From NCBI GenBank assembly GCA_964291295.2, contig OZ219754.1, forward strand, positions 3,136,001 to 3,200,000: a stretch of DNA of 64,000 bases, given 5' to 3'. Position 1 is the stretch's first letter. The number at the start of each line of letters is the position of its first letter. The translations under genes were made by a program, and so were the position numbers. The DNA comes from an uncultured Candidatus Binatia bacterium. Its GTDB lineage: Bacteria; Desulfobacterota; Binatia; UBA9968; JAJDTQ01. Below, piece by piece: positions 48,982 to 58,732 of the stretch. The notes below the pieces were generated by a model. The model saw only the letters and a list, made by a program, of their open reading frames with translations. It did not search any database and was not told the origin of the DNA.

Positions 48982-50184
48982 CTGAAGCCATCCCGCGGCG
49001 CCTGGGTCCATCGTGGCTTCCGCCTGCTGTGGTCGGCCATCCTTGCCACCTCCTTCGGCTTCCACATCCAGCGCACTCTCGAATTGTGGCTCATCTATGA
49101 GATGACGGGCTCGGCCTTGCACCTGGGGCTCACCGGTCTGGCCCGCGGGGTTCCGGTCTTCGTCCTTTCTCTCTGGGGCGGCGTCCTGGCCGACCGCATC
49201 GACCGGCGCCGGTTCGTAATGCGGGTGCAGGCCTGCAACGCCGTCCTGAACCTGGCCCTCGCGTTGCTTGCCGTCACGGGCCTCATCGAGGCATGGCACA
49301 TTTACGTCTCGGCCTTCATGAGCGCTTCTTTCAACGCCGTGGGCGCCCCCTCCCGCAACGCCATGGTGCCGGGGCTGGTACCGCGCGCCGCGCTCCTGAA
49401 CGCGCTGTCGCTCACGGCCATGAGCCGGAAGCTGTCGCAACTTTTCGGGCCGGTGCTCACCGGCTTTCTCATCGCCTGGGCCGGCTCCGGCATCACGTAC
49501 GCCCTGAATGGCGCCGTCTACCTGTCGGCGGTCTTCCTGGTGGGAGCCATCGCGTACACGTCGGACCGGTCCAAGGCACCGGGATCGCCGTTCCGGAGCC
49601 TGATGGAGGGCATCGCGTTCGTTCGCAACGAAACTGCCATCTGGATGTTTCTCGGCATGGAACTCGTCACCGTCTACTTCGGCAGCCACCGGGCGCTGCT
49701 GCCCATCTTCGTGGCCGGCTTCGGCGCCGGCGCCGAAGCCTTCGGTGTGCTGCTCTCCGCCTCGGCCGGGGGCGCGATTGTCGGCGTCGCCGGAATGCTG
49801 TCGTTGGGCGACGTGCGCTACAAGGGGCTCTGGGTCACCTTCGGAGTCCTCGCCTACGCCGCCTGCCTCGGGATCCTGGGACTGTCCGGCTGGTTCCTCC
49901 TGTCGGCAGCCGCGGTGTTCCTGCTGGGCCTGTTCGAAGCCGTTCAGATGCTGCTCTGCAACGTGATCGTCCAGACCACCACCCCGGATCACCTGAGGGG
50001 ACGCATCCTGAGCTTCCAGCGCATGCTCGGCGTGGGCGGCCCCAGCCTCGGCGAGGCGCAATCGGGTTTCGTCGCCGCATTCATCGGCGCCCCCCTGACG
50101 CTGCTCGCCGGCGCCGCCGTCTGCGCCGGAACCGCCCTTGGGCTGATGACCTTCAGAAAGGAAATCCGCCGGGCGAACCTGTGA
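48982..50184 (+). CDS. MFS transporter (MFS_3/DUF894-like); start uncertain, possibly CTG
   Basis: HRGFRLLW, GGVLADRIDRRR, PSRNAMVP, LLNALSL, TPDHLRGRI. Confidence 0.85.
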   Translation: MKPSRGAWVHRGFRLLWSAILATSFGFHIQRTLELWLIYEMTGSALHLGLTGLARGVPVFVLSLWGGVLADRIDRRRFVMRVQACNAVLNLALALLAVTGLIEAWHIYVSAFMSASFNAVGAPSRNAMVPGLVPRAALLNALSLTAMSRKLSQLFGPVLTGFLIAWAGSGITYALNGAVYLSAVFLVGAIAYTSDRSKAPGSPFRSLMEGIAFVRNETAIWMFLGMELVTVYFGSHRALLPIFVAGFGAGAEAFGVLLSASAGGAIVGVAGMLSLGDVRYKGLWVTFGVLAYAACLGILGLSGWFLLSAAAVFLLGLFEAVQMLLCNVIVQTTTPDHLRGRILSFQRMLGVGGPSLGEAQSGFVAAFIGAPLTLLAGAAVCAGTALGLMTFRKEIRRANL

Positions 50185-50582
50185 CGATCCATTTCGTCGG
50201 AGACCCGGCGACCGCCGCGGAATGGCGGCGAAAGAACGACCCTGTCCGTCCTGGACAAGGAGACATGTCCCTGCGATGACGGCGACCGCCTGCTCCCGGT
50301 CCGTTCAGATGGACAACTCGCGTGTCACGGGGTGGCAGGTCGTCGACCATCCGGGAAACGACGAGTGCGCACTTTCGCCATCCGGCACCGTCACGATGCC
50401 AGCGGCGCCGGAACACGACACGTGCACGCGGGCACCAACCCCTCCACCGGCAAACCCAATGCAACGCCTTCCATGTCCCGGGGACGGACCCTCTCACTCC
50501 CACCTCACCTGTACCCGCACACGGGCTACCATCAGCCGCGGCGAGGCTGTAGACTGGGAGGTGCCGGGTTACATACACGCCC

Positions 50583-50861
50583 ATGATTCTCGGTTTTTGC
50601 CACCGGGGCCTTGAGCGCCTTTTCGAGAAGGGCGATCGGCGGCGGGTTTTACCCAGCCACGTTGCCCGGATCGAGCGCATTCTTGCGCGTCTCGATCAGG
50701 CTGCGGCACCGGGAGACATGAACCTGCCGGGGTTCGGACTTCACTCCCTGAAGGGCGACCTTGCGGGACACTGGGCGGTTCGCGTTTCCAGCAATTGGCG
50801 TATCGTCTTCCGATTCGATGGCGGCGACGTCAGGGACGTGGATCTGACTGACTATCATTAG
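50583..50861 (+). CDS. higB: HigB (RelE-family, plasmid maintenance killer-type) toxin
   Basis: F.HRGLERLF, LPGFGLHSLKGD, W.VRVSSNWRIVFRF, C-terminal DYH. Confidence 0.9.
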   Translation: MILGFCHRGLERLFEKGDRRRVLPSHVARIERILARLDQAAAPGDMNLPGFGLHSLKGDLAGHWAVRVSSNWRIVFRFDGGDVRDVDLTDYH

Positions 50862-52413
50862 CCCAAGTTTACCACCCTCCAAAAGATCTCATTACATATC
50901 ATACAGTTACGATGACCAGAAGTGGCGAGTGGCTCTACAGGTGGGTGTTTGAAGGTCTGTTACACGAGGGTTTTGCGGGTTCCTCCGGGAGCGGGATCAA
51001 TGCCCAAGGCTTTGTAGATGGCCAGCTGGGTTGGTTCGGCGCGGGTCGCTTTGCGCACGTGCAAGGTGCGCCCTTCAGCACGGCGGAAGGTAGTGGTGAC
51101 GCGCTGCTGTCCCTGGAGGACGCGGCGTAGCGTGGTCCAACTGGCGTTCTCCTCGGCTTGACGCAGGCGGGTACGGATGACCTAGACGAGTTGGTAGGCG
51201 AGCACGGTGATGAACAGATGGCCTTCGGAGCGGAGCGGCTTGTGGTGGTAGACGGGTCGCAGGCCGAGTTCGGATTTGAGGGAGCGGAAGACGGCTTCGA
51301 TGTCGGTGAGCCTGAAGTAAGTACGCCACAGGGTTTCTTCCTTCCAGTGGGTTTCGCTGCTGCGCAGGCAGTAGACGCCGGGATGGGTCATCATCGAGCC
51401 GGGGAGAGGGCGGCGGGTGAAGCGCACGGCGGTAGCACGTTGACCGGACTCATCGGTGTCGAGTGCGATGTCGTAGTGCTGGGCGATGCCGCGGGTGCTC
51501 TCCTTGAGCCGCCCGATGCGTTGCCAGACCTGCTCCACCCGTTTTTGGGTACGGGGTCGGGAGAGACCTTCGGAGAGCTTGTTCAGGGCGTTCTCGAAGC
51601 GCCGGGCGAAGCGCTCGACGATGCCGCGTTCCTTGGCGGCCCGTTGTTCGGAGAAGCAGTACAGGCGCACCTCCCGACCGTCTGGGGACAGGGCCTTGTG
51701 CAATTGTATGCCATGCTTGGAAGCGGTCTCCATGCGCTGTGCCGCTTGGGGGTCGAAGTGCCGGTTGCGTTGGCGGCTGACCACCAGGTAGCGGTAGCCC
51801 TGCTCACGCAGCCACTGCAGGCGCTCTTCGGTAGCGAGGCCCCGGTCCATCACCACCAGGGCGGCGCGCGGGGCCTTGAGCGCATCCAGCATCCGGGCCA
51901 GAGTGTGGTGCTCGCGCACGTTGCCGGCGAAGACCTGGGAGCGGCGCACGAAGCCGCTGGAGTCGAGCACGAGCCCCAGGGTGAGCAGCGGGCAATCGGT
52001 GCGCTTGTCCTTGGAGTGGCCGCGCAGGGCCTTCGGTTGGAGGGGCGCCACGCCCTCGAAGTAGGTGTTGGTCAGATCGTAGAGCGTCACGGTGGGTTCG
52101 ATCTCGAACAGGTCCATGGCCCGGTCGAACAGATGCTTTTCAATGACGTCGCGGTGGGCCATCAGGGCATCGGAGGCGCGATACAGCCGCATGGGTCCCA
52201 TGGTGGCGAATCCACCCCGAGCAGTTCACCCAGGGCGCTGCGTTCGCTGAGCCAGCGCCGGGTGGCACGCTCTGCGCCATGCGCGCGATGATCGAGCCGA
52301 TGGCGGCCGCGCGCATCGACGCGCCAAGGCCGAGTATCAATGACTTGCGTGCCAAGTTCGACAAAATCAGCCCTGATTCCTGCCCTCCCACGACTCCAGG
52401 TGGTAAACTTGGG
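50862..52413 (-). mobile_element. IS1634-family insertion sequence, defective, inserted between higB and higA
   Basis: 15-bp perfect TIRs CCCAAGTTTACCACC (50862-76 and 52399-413); transposase motifs LYDLTNTYFEG, GHSKDKRTD, VMDRG, IEAVFRSLKSELGLRPVYH; N-terminus deleted, frameshifts near 52210-52270, TAG at 51182. Confidence 0.9.
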
Positions 52414-52429
52414 TCAGGAGGACCGGAGC

Positions 52430-52720
52430 ATGCCGATGAAGACCCCCCCCCATCCCGGACTGTCGGTGCGTCGAGACTGCCTGGAGCCTCTCGGACTCAG
52501 CGTCACCGAAGCCGCGCGCAAGCTTGGGGTCAGCCGCAAGCAGCTGTCGGACATCGTCAACTGCCGTTCGGGGATCTCCCCGGAGATGGCGATTCGGCTC
52601 GACAAGGCGTTCGGTGGCGGCGCCGACACATGGTATCGACTCCAGGCCGCCTGGGAGCTTGCCCAAGCGAAGAAACGGGCGCACCGCATCAGGGTCGAAC
52701 GCCTGGTGCCCGCGGTCTGA
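52430..52720 (+). CDS. higA: HigA antitoxin (HTH)
   Basis: [36 protein letters not shown]; AGGAGG RBS. Confidence 0.9.
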   Translation: MPMKTPPHPGLSVRRDCLEPLGLSVTEAARKLGVSRKQLSDIVNCRSGISPEMAIRLDKAFGGGADTWYRLQAAWELAQAKKRAHRIRVERLVPAV

Positions 52721-52774
52721 CCCGGCCGAGCTTACCTTTCAAGGATTGCGCATCATGGATCATGCCGTCGGGGT

Positions 52775-52859
52775 TCCGTTCCACATGCCTCCGGTTCCGG
52801 CAGAACCGGAAGGGCGGGGGAACGGGAGGGCTTCGCATGGAGTGAAACGGGCGAAGCCC
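52775..52859. terminator. Two adjacent stem-loops between the convergent higA and helicase genes
   Basis: CCGTTCC..TCCGGTTC/GAACCGGA..GGAACGG nested stem; GGGCTTCGC/GCGAAGCCC stem; no U-tract. Confidence 0.4.
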
Positions 52860-52937
52860 ACGGACGTATTCAAATGCAACAGGCGTTGGACACCGCTTGA
52901 AACAGCAACATCGCCGCGCACGGAAGCGATCAGGAAG

Positions 52938-55928
52938 TCAGCGCCGCCTGCGCTGTCGGAGCTTCGCGTTGCCTGATTCCATCCCGGGCTTTGTTCGCCG
53001 CTTGCGCCGCTCTCGTGTGTAGTTGCAATCCGGCCAGTTCGAGCAGCCGAGAAAGCGGCCGTACTTCCCCATGCGGGTCTCCAGCCAGCCGTCACAGACC
53101 GGGCAAGCCTCGATTGCCGCGCCGCAGTCGCGGCAATGGCAGGCCTCGTCGGACCTCACGGGAAGGCCGTTCCCGCAGTGCGGACAAGGGCGTGCGGTTT
53201 GCGCACAAAGCGGAAAGTTCGAGCAGCCGCAGAAGACACGGCCGGCGTGTTCCCTGCGCTCCAGCCGCCCGCCGGCGCATCGCGGACAGGATACGTCGCC
53301 TTCCGGCGGACGGCCGAACACCTCGACATCATAACCCCCGTCGATCAATTCGGTAACGAATTCGGACGGAGGGCCGCCGTCGGCAAGCAGGAAGACCTGC
53401 CGCCTCGCCCGAGTGATGGCGACGTAGAGCAGGCGCCGCTCCTCGGCATTCGGATGGGCTTCAGGCGCCGCCAGCACCAGATCGAGCAGCGGATCGTCGG
53501 CCCGGCCGGCGGGGAATCCGTACTTTCCCGAACACAGGCCCAGGACCACCACATAGTCGGCCTCAAGGCCCTTCGAGCGGTGCACGGTCATCCAGGTAAA
53601 GCGAAGGTCCGGATACTGCTTCGGAAGCACGCCCAGATTGCGGGGGCGCAGATGCCGGTAGCGGCCCAGCAGCAGCACCTCCGACGTTCCGTGGTGTCGC
53701 CGGGCATCCTCGGCGATGCGGTCGAGGGCCTCCTTCAGAAGCGAACGATCCTGCCCGTCGGGAAGTCCCACATATACCGCGGGGCGGTCGGTCTTGCGCG
53801 TGGAGTGGACCGTCTTGCGGATTTGCGCCGGGTTGCGCAGCACGAACTCGGTGGCAACCGCCGTGATGCGGTCGGCGCAACGGAACGTGGTTGCGAGATC
53901 GAGCCGCTCGAATACACCGAAACGGTCCCCAAACTCCCGCATGACCGCAATGTCCGAGCCGCCAAACCGGTAGATCGCCTGCCAGTCGTCGCCCACCGCG
54001 AACAGTTGAGAACCCGGTGAGCTGTCGAGCAGCGCCTTCAGCAAACGCGCGCGTGATGGCGAGATGTCCTGGAACTCGTCGACCAGAATGTATCGGAACG
54101 GGCTGCGGCAACGTCCGGCCTCCAGAAGGTCGGTGGCCCGGTTGATCATGTCATGGAAGTCGATCTCCCCGGAGCGGGCAAGGGCGTCCTGGTAGCGCTC
54201 GAATATTGGCCGGAACACCGCAAGGAACGCGTGGGCACGCAGCTTGTCCCAATGATTGCCGGCGCGTTCGGCTATGTCGGCAAACGACAGCCGATTGCCC
54301 TTGAAGTGCTGCAGAAAGGTACTTGTCAGCTGTGTGAACGGGTCGATGCGGCCCTGTCGGTTGAGCGTGGCGAACACCTGCTCGCGGGGGATCGGCGAGA
54401 GGACCACACCGCGGGCCGCGAGCTTTTCCGTCAGGTTGCGGAGCAGCCTTCCCTCGGCCTGTTCGTAACTGAAGGTTTCGATCAGGACGGTGCCGTGGGC
54501 GGCATGGACGCCGCGCTTCCACTCCATCTCCTGCCGATACTGTTCCGTGTCGATGAAGGGCGCCGTCTTGCCGGCGGCGTTGATCCCGAAATGCTCGATA
54601 TAGATGCCATGTTCGGGCAAATGGAAGTCGGGCTTGTACTGGCGCTTCTCCGCTGTGGCGAGGTCATGTTCATAGGACGACTCGTACTCGTAGGGGACAC
54701 CGTTGAGATAGAGAAAATTCGCGATCTCGCACTCCTCGAAGCTGCGGACGGCGTCACCCTTGAGCGAGCGGATGTCGAACTTGCGGATGTAGTCATGGTA
54801 TTCGTCCCAGTTCTTGAACTCGTGCTCGCTCCGATACGGCGCAAACTTCTCCGAGAACCATTGCCACAGCGTGGCCGAGAGTTCGTGGTCCACGAGCAGT
54901 TTCGCCACGATATCCTTGAGCAGATCGAACAACCTTCGGTCGTCCTGTGCTGTCGCGGAGAGCGCCGGGCGCTTCCCCTCGGCCTGCCCGATGATCGCCA
55001 GGCCGAGGCTGTGAAAGGTGCGTACCGTCACATCCTGTGCGATGGCGGTGCCGAGACGCTTGTCCATCCGCACTTCCATCTCCTTGCGGGCGTCGCGCGC
55101 GAAGGCCAACAGCAACAGATCGGAGGGCCTGCGATACCCCTTCTGGATGAGCCACCCTGTCTTGGCCGCGATGACCGACGTCTTGCCGCTTCCCGCCGCG
55201 GCCACCACAAGGTTCCGGTGCTCGTCGGTGACCACCGCCCGGCGCTGCTCTTCCGTGAGCGGACGGGCCTCGATCTGGTCGAAGAACTCGCGCGAGCGGA
55301 CCAGCTCGTTGACGACGAACGCCTTGTTGGCATTCGTCCGGGCATCGCCCGGCGCTTCCAGAAACCCCAGGATGGCCCGCAGCATGCGGATCTCCGGAGC
55401 ATCGGCAAGCGCGGCCGGCCAGCGCACCGCAAACCCGTCGGCGGCCGTTCGGGCATCCGTCTCAAGGTCACCGAATGCATCGGCCGCAAGATACTTCGGC
55501 GGGTCGGCCAATGCCGCCAACCGTTCATGTACGGCGCCGAAGGTTTCACCTTTCGATGCAAGCGTCCGGCGCCACCATTCGCATCGCGCCGTCTCGAGTG
55601 CCGCGGCCAGCGTACCGGCGACCGTTCGGGTCAAGCCCGAAACATGCGTGTTGCCCGCGGCATGGCGGATCCGAACGCTGGAACGGAAGAGGCCTCTCGC
55701 CGCGTCGACCGTTTCCACATCGCCGAGCGATATGTCGATGCTACGCCAACCGAACCGCAGCCGGACCGCTTCGGCGGTCACCCGTGCCGCCTTGGCATGT
55801 CGTGGATGCAGGATCGCGAACAGCATGCGGGACAGTCCGATTCGTCGGGCCTCGCACAGAATGCCCGACGCCGAATTCCATCGATGCCGGGATCGCCCGG
55901 CGTGTGACGAATTGTCGAGGTTGCTCAT
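52938..55928 (-). CDS. helD: UvrD-family DNA helicase IV (HelD-like) with C-terminal topoisomerase-type zinc ribbons; start uncertain
   Basis: LTEEQRRAV, AAAGSGKT, ILVDEFQD, VGDDWQAIYRF, TVHRSKGLEAD, EERRLLYVAITRAR, FLGCSNWPDC. Confidence 0.85.
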   Translation of the reverse strand: MSNLDNSSHAGRSRHRWNSASGILCEARRIGLSRMLFAILHPRHAKAARVTAEAVRLRFGWRSIDISLGDVETVDAARGLFRSSVRIRHAAGNTHVSGLTRTVAGTLAAALETARCEWWRRTLASKGETFGAVHERLAALADPPKYLAADAFGDLETDARTAADGFAVRWPAALADAPEIRMLRAILGFLEAPGDARTNANKAFVVNELVRSREFFDQIEARPLTEEQRRAVVTDEHRNLVVAAAGSGKTSVIAAKTGWLIQKGYRRPSDLLLLAFARDARKEMEVRMDKRLGTAIAQDVTVRTFHSLGLAIIGQAEGKRPALSATAQDDRRLFDLLKDIVAKLLVDHELSATLWQWFSEKFAPYRSEHEFKNWDEYHDYIRKFDIRSLKGDAVRSFEECEIANFLYLNGVPYEYESSYEHDLATAEKRQYKPDFHLPEHGIYIEHFGINAAGKTAPFIDTEQYRQEMEWKRGVHAAHGTVLIETFSYEQAEGRLLRNLTEKLAARGVVLSPIPREQVFATLNRQGRIDPFTQLTSTFLQHFKGNRLSFADIAERAGNHWDKLRAHAFLAVFRPIFERYQDALARSGEIDFHDMINRATDLLEAGRCRSPFRYILVDEFQDISPSRARLLKALLDSSPGSQLFAVGDDWQAIYRFGGSDIAVMREFGDRFGVFERLDLATTFRCADRITAVATEFVLRNPAQIRKTVHSTRKTDRPAVYVGLPDGQDRSLLKEALDRIAEDARRHHGTSEVLLLGRYRHLRPRNLGVLPKQYPDLRFTWMTVHRSKGLEADYVVVLGLCSGKYGFPAGRADDPLLDLVLAAPEAHPNAEERRLLYVAITRARRQVFLLADGGPPSEFVTELIDGGYDVEVFGRPPEGDVSCPRCAGGRLERREHAGRVFCGCSNFPLCAQTARPCPHCGNGLPVRSDEACHCRDCGAAIEACPVCDGWLETRMGKYGRFLGCSNWPDCNYTRERRKRRTKPGMESGNAKLRQRRRR

Positions 55929-56293
55929 CCTTGAGAAGCGCGTTCGATGGGGGGGCTGAAATGAATGGACTGCTTGTCCGTACCTTCGTTTGAAGTGGAT
56001 CGTGTCATCGAACCGCTCCTTCAAAGGGGTCACCCGGCGTGTGACGAAGCTCGTATACATCGGCGTGAGAATGCCGTCAGCGCAGCCTCGTGCGGCCAAG
56101 GACATCCCGCTGACAGCCCCCGGGGCGGCCGGGTCGTGTCCCGGCCACCCCGCACGATACGCCCCCCTACCCCGCCAGGTGTTGCCTGAACAATCCCATG
56201 ACAGGTGGCCGGCAAGTTTGACCTGTCGTTACAATATGGAATGGATCGCCGGCTCAACCGGAGGGCGGCGGAGCCGGCGCGGCCGGTGGCGCC

Positions 56294-57613
56294 TCATTCG
56301 GCCGGAGGCCCTTGCGGGGTGAGCTCCCGCACGGTCCGGTTCGCTGCCGCGGTGATTCCGACGATCGCCAGCATGGCCGCCCCGCCGAGGATCACGGCCG
56401 AAGGGGCGCCGGCCAGCCGGCCGAGAACCGCGGACAGGTGGTGGCGCGACAGGCCGGCGACGGCGCCCATCTGCAGTTGTCCCAGGGGCAGGACCACGCT
56501 GTAATTCATGCCCCAGATGGCCATGACCCGCCCGCGGTAATCATCGGGTACACGTGTCTGCACCGAAGTCTGAGTGCTTACCATGAAGACGGAAAGACCG
56601 ACGCCGGCAACGAGAAGAAAGCACAGCGCGAGCGGGAACCCGTTTGAAAACCCGAAAAGGGTCAGGAAGCACGCCTGTATGCCGGCCCCCAGGAGGATCA
56701 GCCCGCCACGCCTCGGATAGTGGCCGAGGTTGGCGGCCACCAGGGCACCGAACAGACTGCCGATACCGCTGATCATGTACAGGGAGCCCAAGGTCGAACC
56801 GTCGCCCTGGAACACCACGTCCGCAAACACCGGCAGGAGCGCGGTATGGGAGGCCAGAAAGAATATGTCCGCGTAGTTCATTGCGATCAGGGAGCGGAAG
56901 AGCTTCCGGGTCCAGACGAACGAAAGTCCACCCAGGATGGTACGAATGAAACTGCCGCCGCGCGTGCGCTCGATGACCGGCATCCGCACCGGAAGAAGCA
57001 GCAGACCGAACGCCAGATATGTCGCCGCCGCCACGTAGAAGGCGGCCCCGGCACCGGACAAGGGGGCGCCGGTGGAGCTTGCCACGTAGTCGATGATGAA
57101 ACCCGCCAAGGCGGGGCCGAAGATGCGCGTCCCCGGCCAGATCATGGAGTTCAGGCTCACGGCGTTCATCAGATGCGAACGCTCCAGCAGGTGCGGGAAG
57201 AGTGCCTGACGGGCCGGGTGGTCGAACGCCTGTATACCGCCGTGGATGAAGGCTACCGCGAACACGTGCCAGACCTGTACCCGTTCCGTGACCACCAGCG
57301 TCGCGATGGTGCACAGCAGCAGCGCGGTGACGAACTGGAGCAGCATGAGGAGGCGTCGAAGTTCGACCTTGTCCGCGGTGGCACCCCCAAAGAGCGCCAA
57401 CGCCACCGCCGGCGTGGCAGCCACCAACCCCAGCGCGCCCAGAATGTACTCGGAACGCGTCAACTCCCACGCGAGCCACCCCTGTGCCAGGATCACCATC
57501 TGGTGGCCCGCCACCGCGGTGAGATGGCCGCTCCAGTACATGCGGAAGTCACGGTACCGGAGTACACGGAAAACGTGCAGCTTGTGGCCGAGTGCGGCGA
57601 GGGGCTGTTTCAT
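56294..57613 (-). CDS. MFS transporter (MFS_3-like)
   Basis: YRDFRMYW, GGATADKVELRR, FDHPARQAL, VPDDYRGRVM. Confidence 0.88.
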   Translation of the reverse strand: MKQPLAALGHKLHVFRVLRYRDFRMYWSGHLTAVAGHQMVILAQGWLAWELTRSEYILGALGLVAATPAVALALFGGATADKVELRRLLMLLQFVTALLLCTIATLVVTERVQVWHVFAVAFIHGGIQAFDHPARQALFPHLLERSHLMNAVSLNSMIWPGTRIFGPALAGFIIDYVASSTGAPLSGAGAAFYVAAATYLAFGLLLLPVRMPVIERTRGGSFIRTILGGLSFVWTRKLFRSLIAMNYADIFFLASHTALLPVFADVVFQGDGSTLGSLYMISGIGSLFGALVAANLGHYPRRGGLILLGAGIQACFLTLFGFSNGFPLALCFLLVAGVGLSVFMVSTQTSVQTRVPDDYRGRVMAIWGMNYSVVLPLGQLQMGAVAGLSRHHLSAVLGRLAGAPSAVILGGAAMLAIVGITAAANRTVRELTPQGPPAE

Positions 57614-57634
57614 TGCGTGTGGAATGGAGCGGAC

Positions 57635-57670
57635 AAAAAGAAAGGCCCCGCACCTGCATGGGGGGCCTTT
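57635..57670 (-). terminator. Rho-independent terminator after the substrate-binding protein gene
   Basis: AAAGGCCCC..GGGGCCTTT stem followed by CTTTTT on the minus strand. Confidence 0.7.
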
Positions 57671-57695
57671 CCCGCTATCGAACTTCCGGTCGAAG

Positions 57696-58565
57696 TTACA
57701 ACTTCACCAAGTCCGAGTAGCTGGCACCGGAATCGGGCCTGAGTCCGTAACCCGCCATCCACTTGCGCGCCCGGTTGAACTCCTCTTCGGTGTAGTCCTC
57801 CGGGTAGACGTAGTCCAGGCGGTGCAGGTTCAGATCCCCGGCCTTGAAATCGCCAATCAGGTCGCCGGGAATATCCCGCAGCAGAAGCGCCGCGTATTTC
57901 CCGAGGTCCGAGTTGATCTCGTCCACGGAACGCCGGAGCGCCCGGAAAATGGCCTCCCGCGTATCCTCGGCATCGTCGCTGTTGACGAAGAGGAGCCCCC
58001 AGTACCTCGATTCCGCCAGCACGCGACAGCCGCGTTTCTCGGCCAGACTCACGAACGGCTCCATCAGGGTGGCCGCCTCCACCGCGCCGTTCAACAGCAG
58101 GCGCGTGCGGATGGCCGGACCGCCGTCATGGCGCAACTGCACCCGCTCCTTGTTACAGTGGCCTTCCAGCATCTTGAGGGTCATGTAATGGGAGCCGGTC
58201 TGATCCTGGATGGAGATGAGAACGTCCGAGAGGTCGTCGAGGCGGTGATACGGCGAGTCGCCGCGCACGAGGATGGCCATGGTGGCCACGCTCTCGCGGC
58301 GCCCCAGGATCCAGCCGTCGCGCTCGCCGTCCGCCGCGCGCTTGATGACGCCCCACTCGCACTTGTTGTAGCCCTCCAAGTCGCCGCACTCGTAGTCCGA
58401 GGCAATGGGGCGCTCGAACACGTCCGCGGGCTGAAGCTGCGAGTCCGGCGTCACCACCTCCGCATCGATGCCCTCCGCCGCCATGAAGCCCTTCTCCACG
58501 CCCACGTCCCAAGGGAGCGTCCACACGGTTCCTTCGCTGGTGACTCTGATCTTGCGAGACATCAT
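57696..58565 (-). CDS. NMT1/SsuA-like substrate-binding protein
   Basis: VGVEKGFMAAEGID, CEWG, TGSHYMTLKMLEG, GAVEAATLMEPF; AGGAGG RBS. Confidence 0.72.
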   Translation of the reverse strand: MMSRKIRVTSEGTVWTLPWDVGVEKGFMAAEGIDAEVVTPDSQLQPADVFERPIASDYECGDLEGYNKCEWGVIKRAADGERDGWILGRRESVATMAILVRGDSPYHRLDDLSDVLISIQDQTGSHYMTLKMLEGHCNKERVQLRHDGGPAIRTRLLLNGAVEAATLMEPFVSLAEKRGCRVLAESRYWGLLFVNSDDAEDTREAIFRALRRSVDEINSDLGKYAALLLRDIPGDLIGDFKAGDLNLHRLDYVYPEDYTEEEFNRARKWMAGYGLRPDSGASYSDLVKL

Positions 58566-58732
58566 GACGAGACCTCCTGAGGTGGTTGGTAACGCCGGCA
58601 GACTAGCATACCGGCCCGGATGATGGAACAATTCCACCTTGGGCGAACTCAGGGAATCAGGGAAAGCCTTTCGTTCTTCCGGGGGAACCCAATCCCTCTC
58701 CGACGTTGTAACCGGGTCAAGGAGACTTGTAC

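Noticed and set aside
50858-52417. Exact target-site duplication for the IS1634 element
   Set aside because: Flanks are TTAG and TCAG, only 3 of 4 identical, so a TSD cannot be asserted
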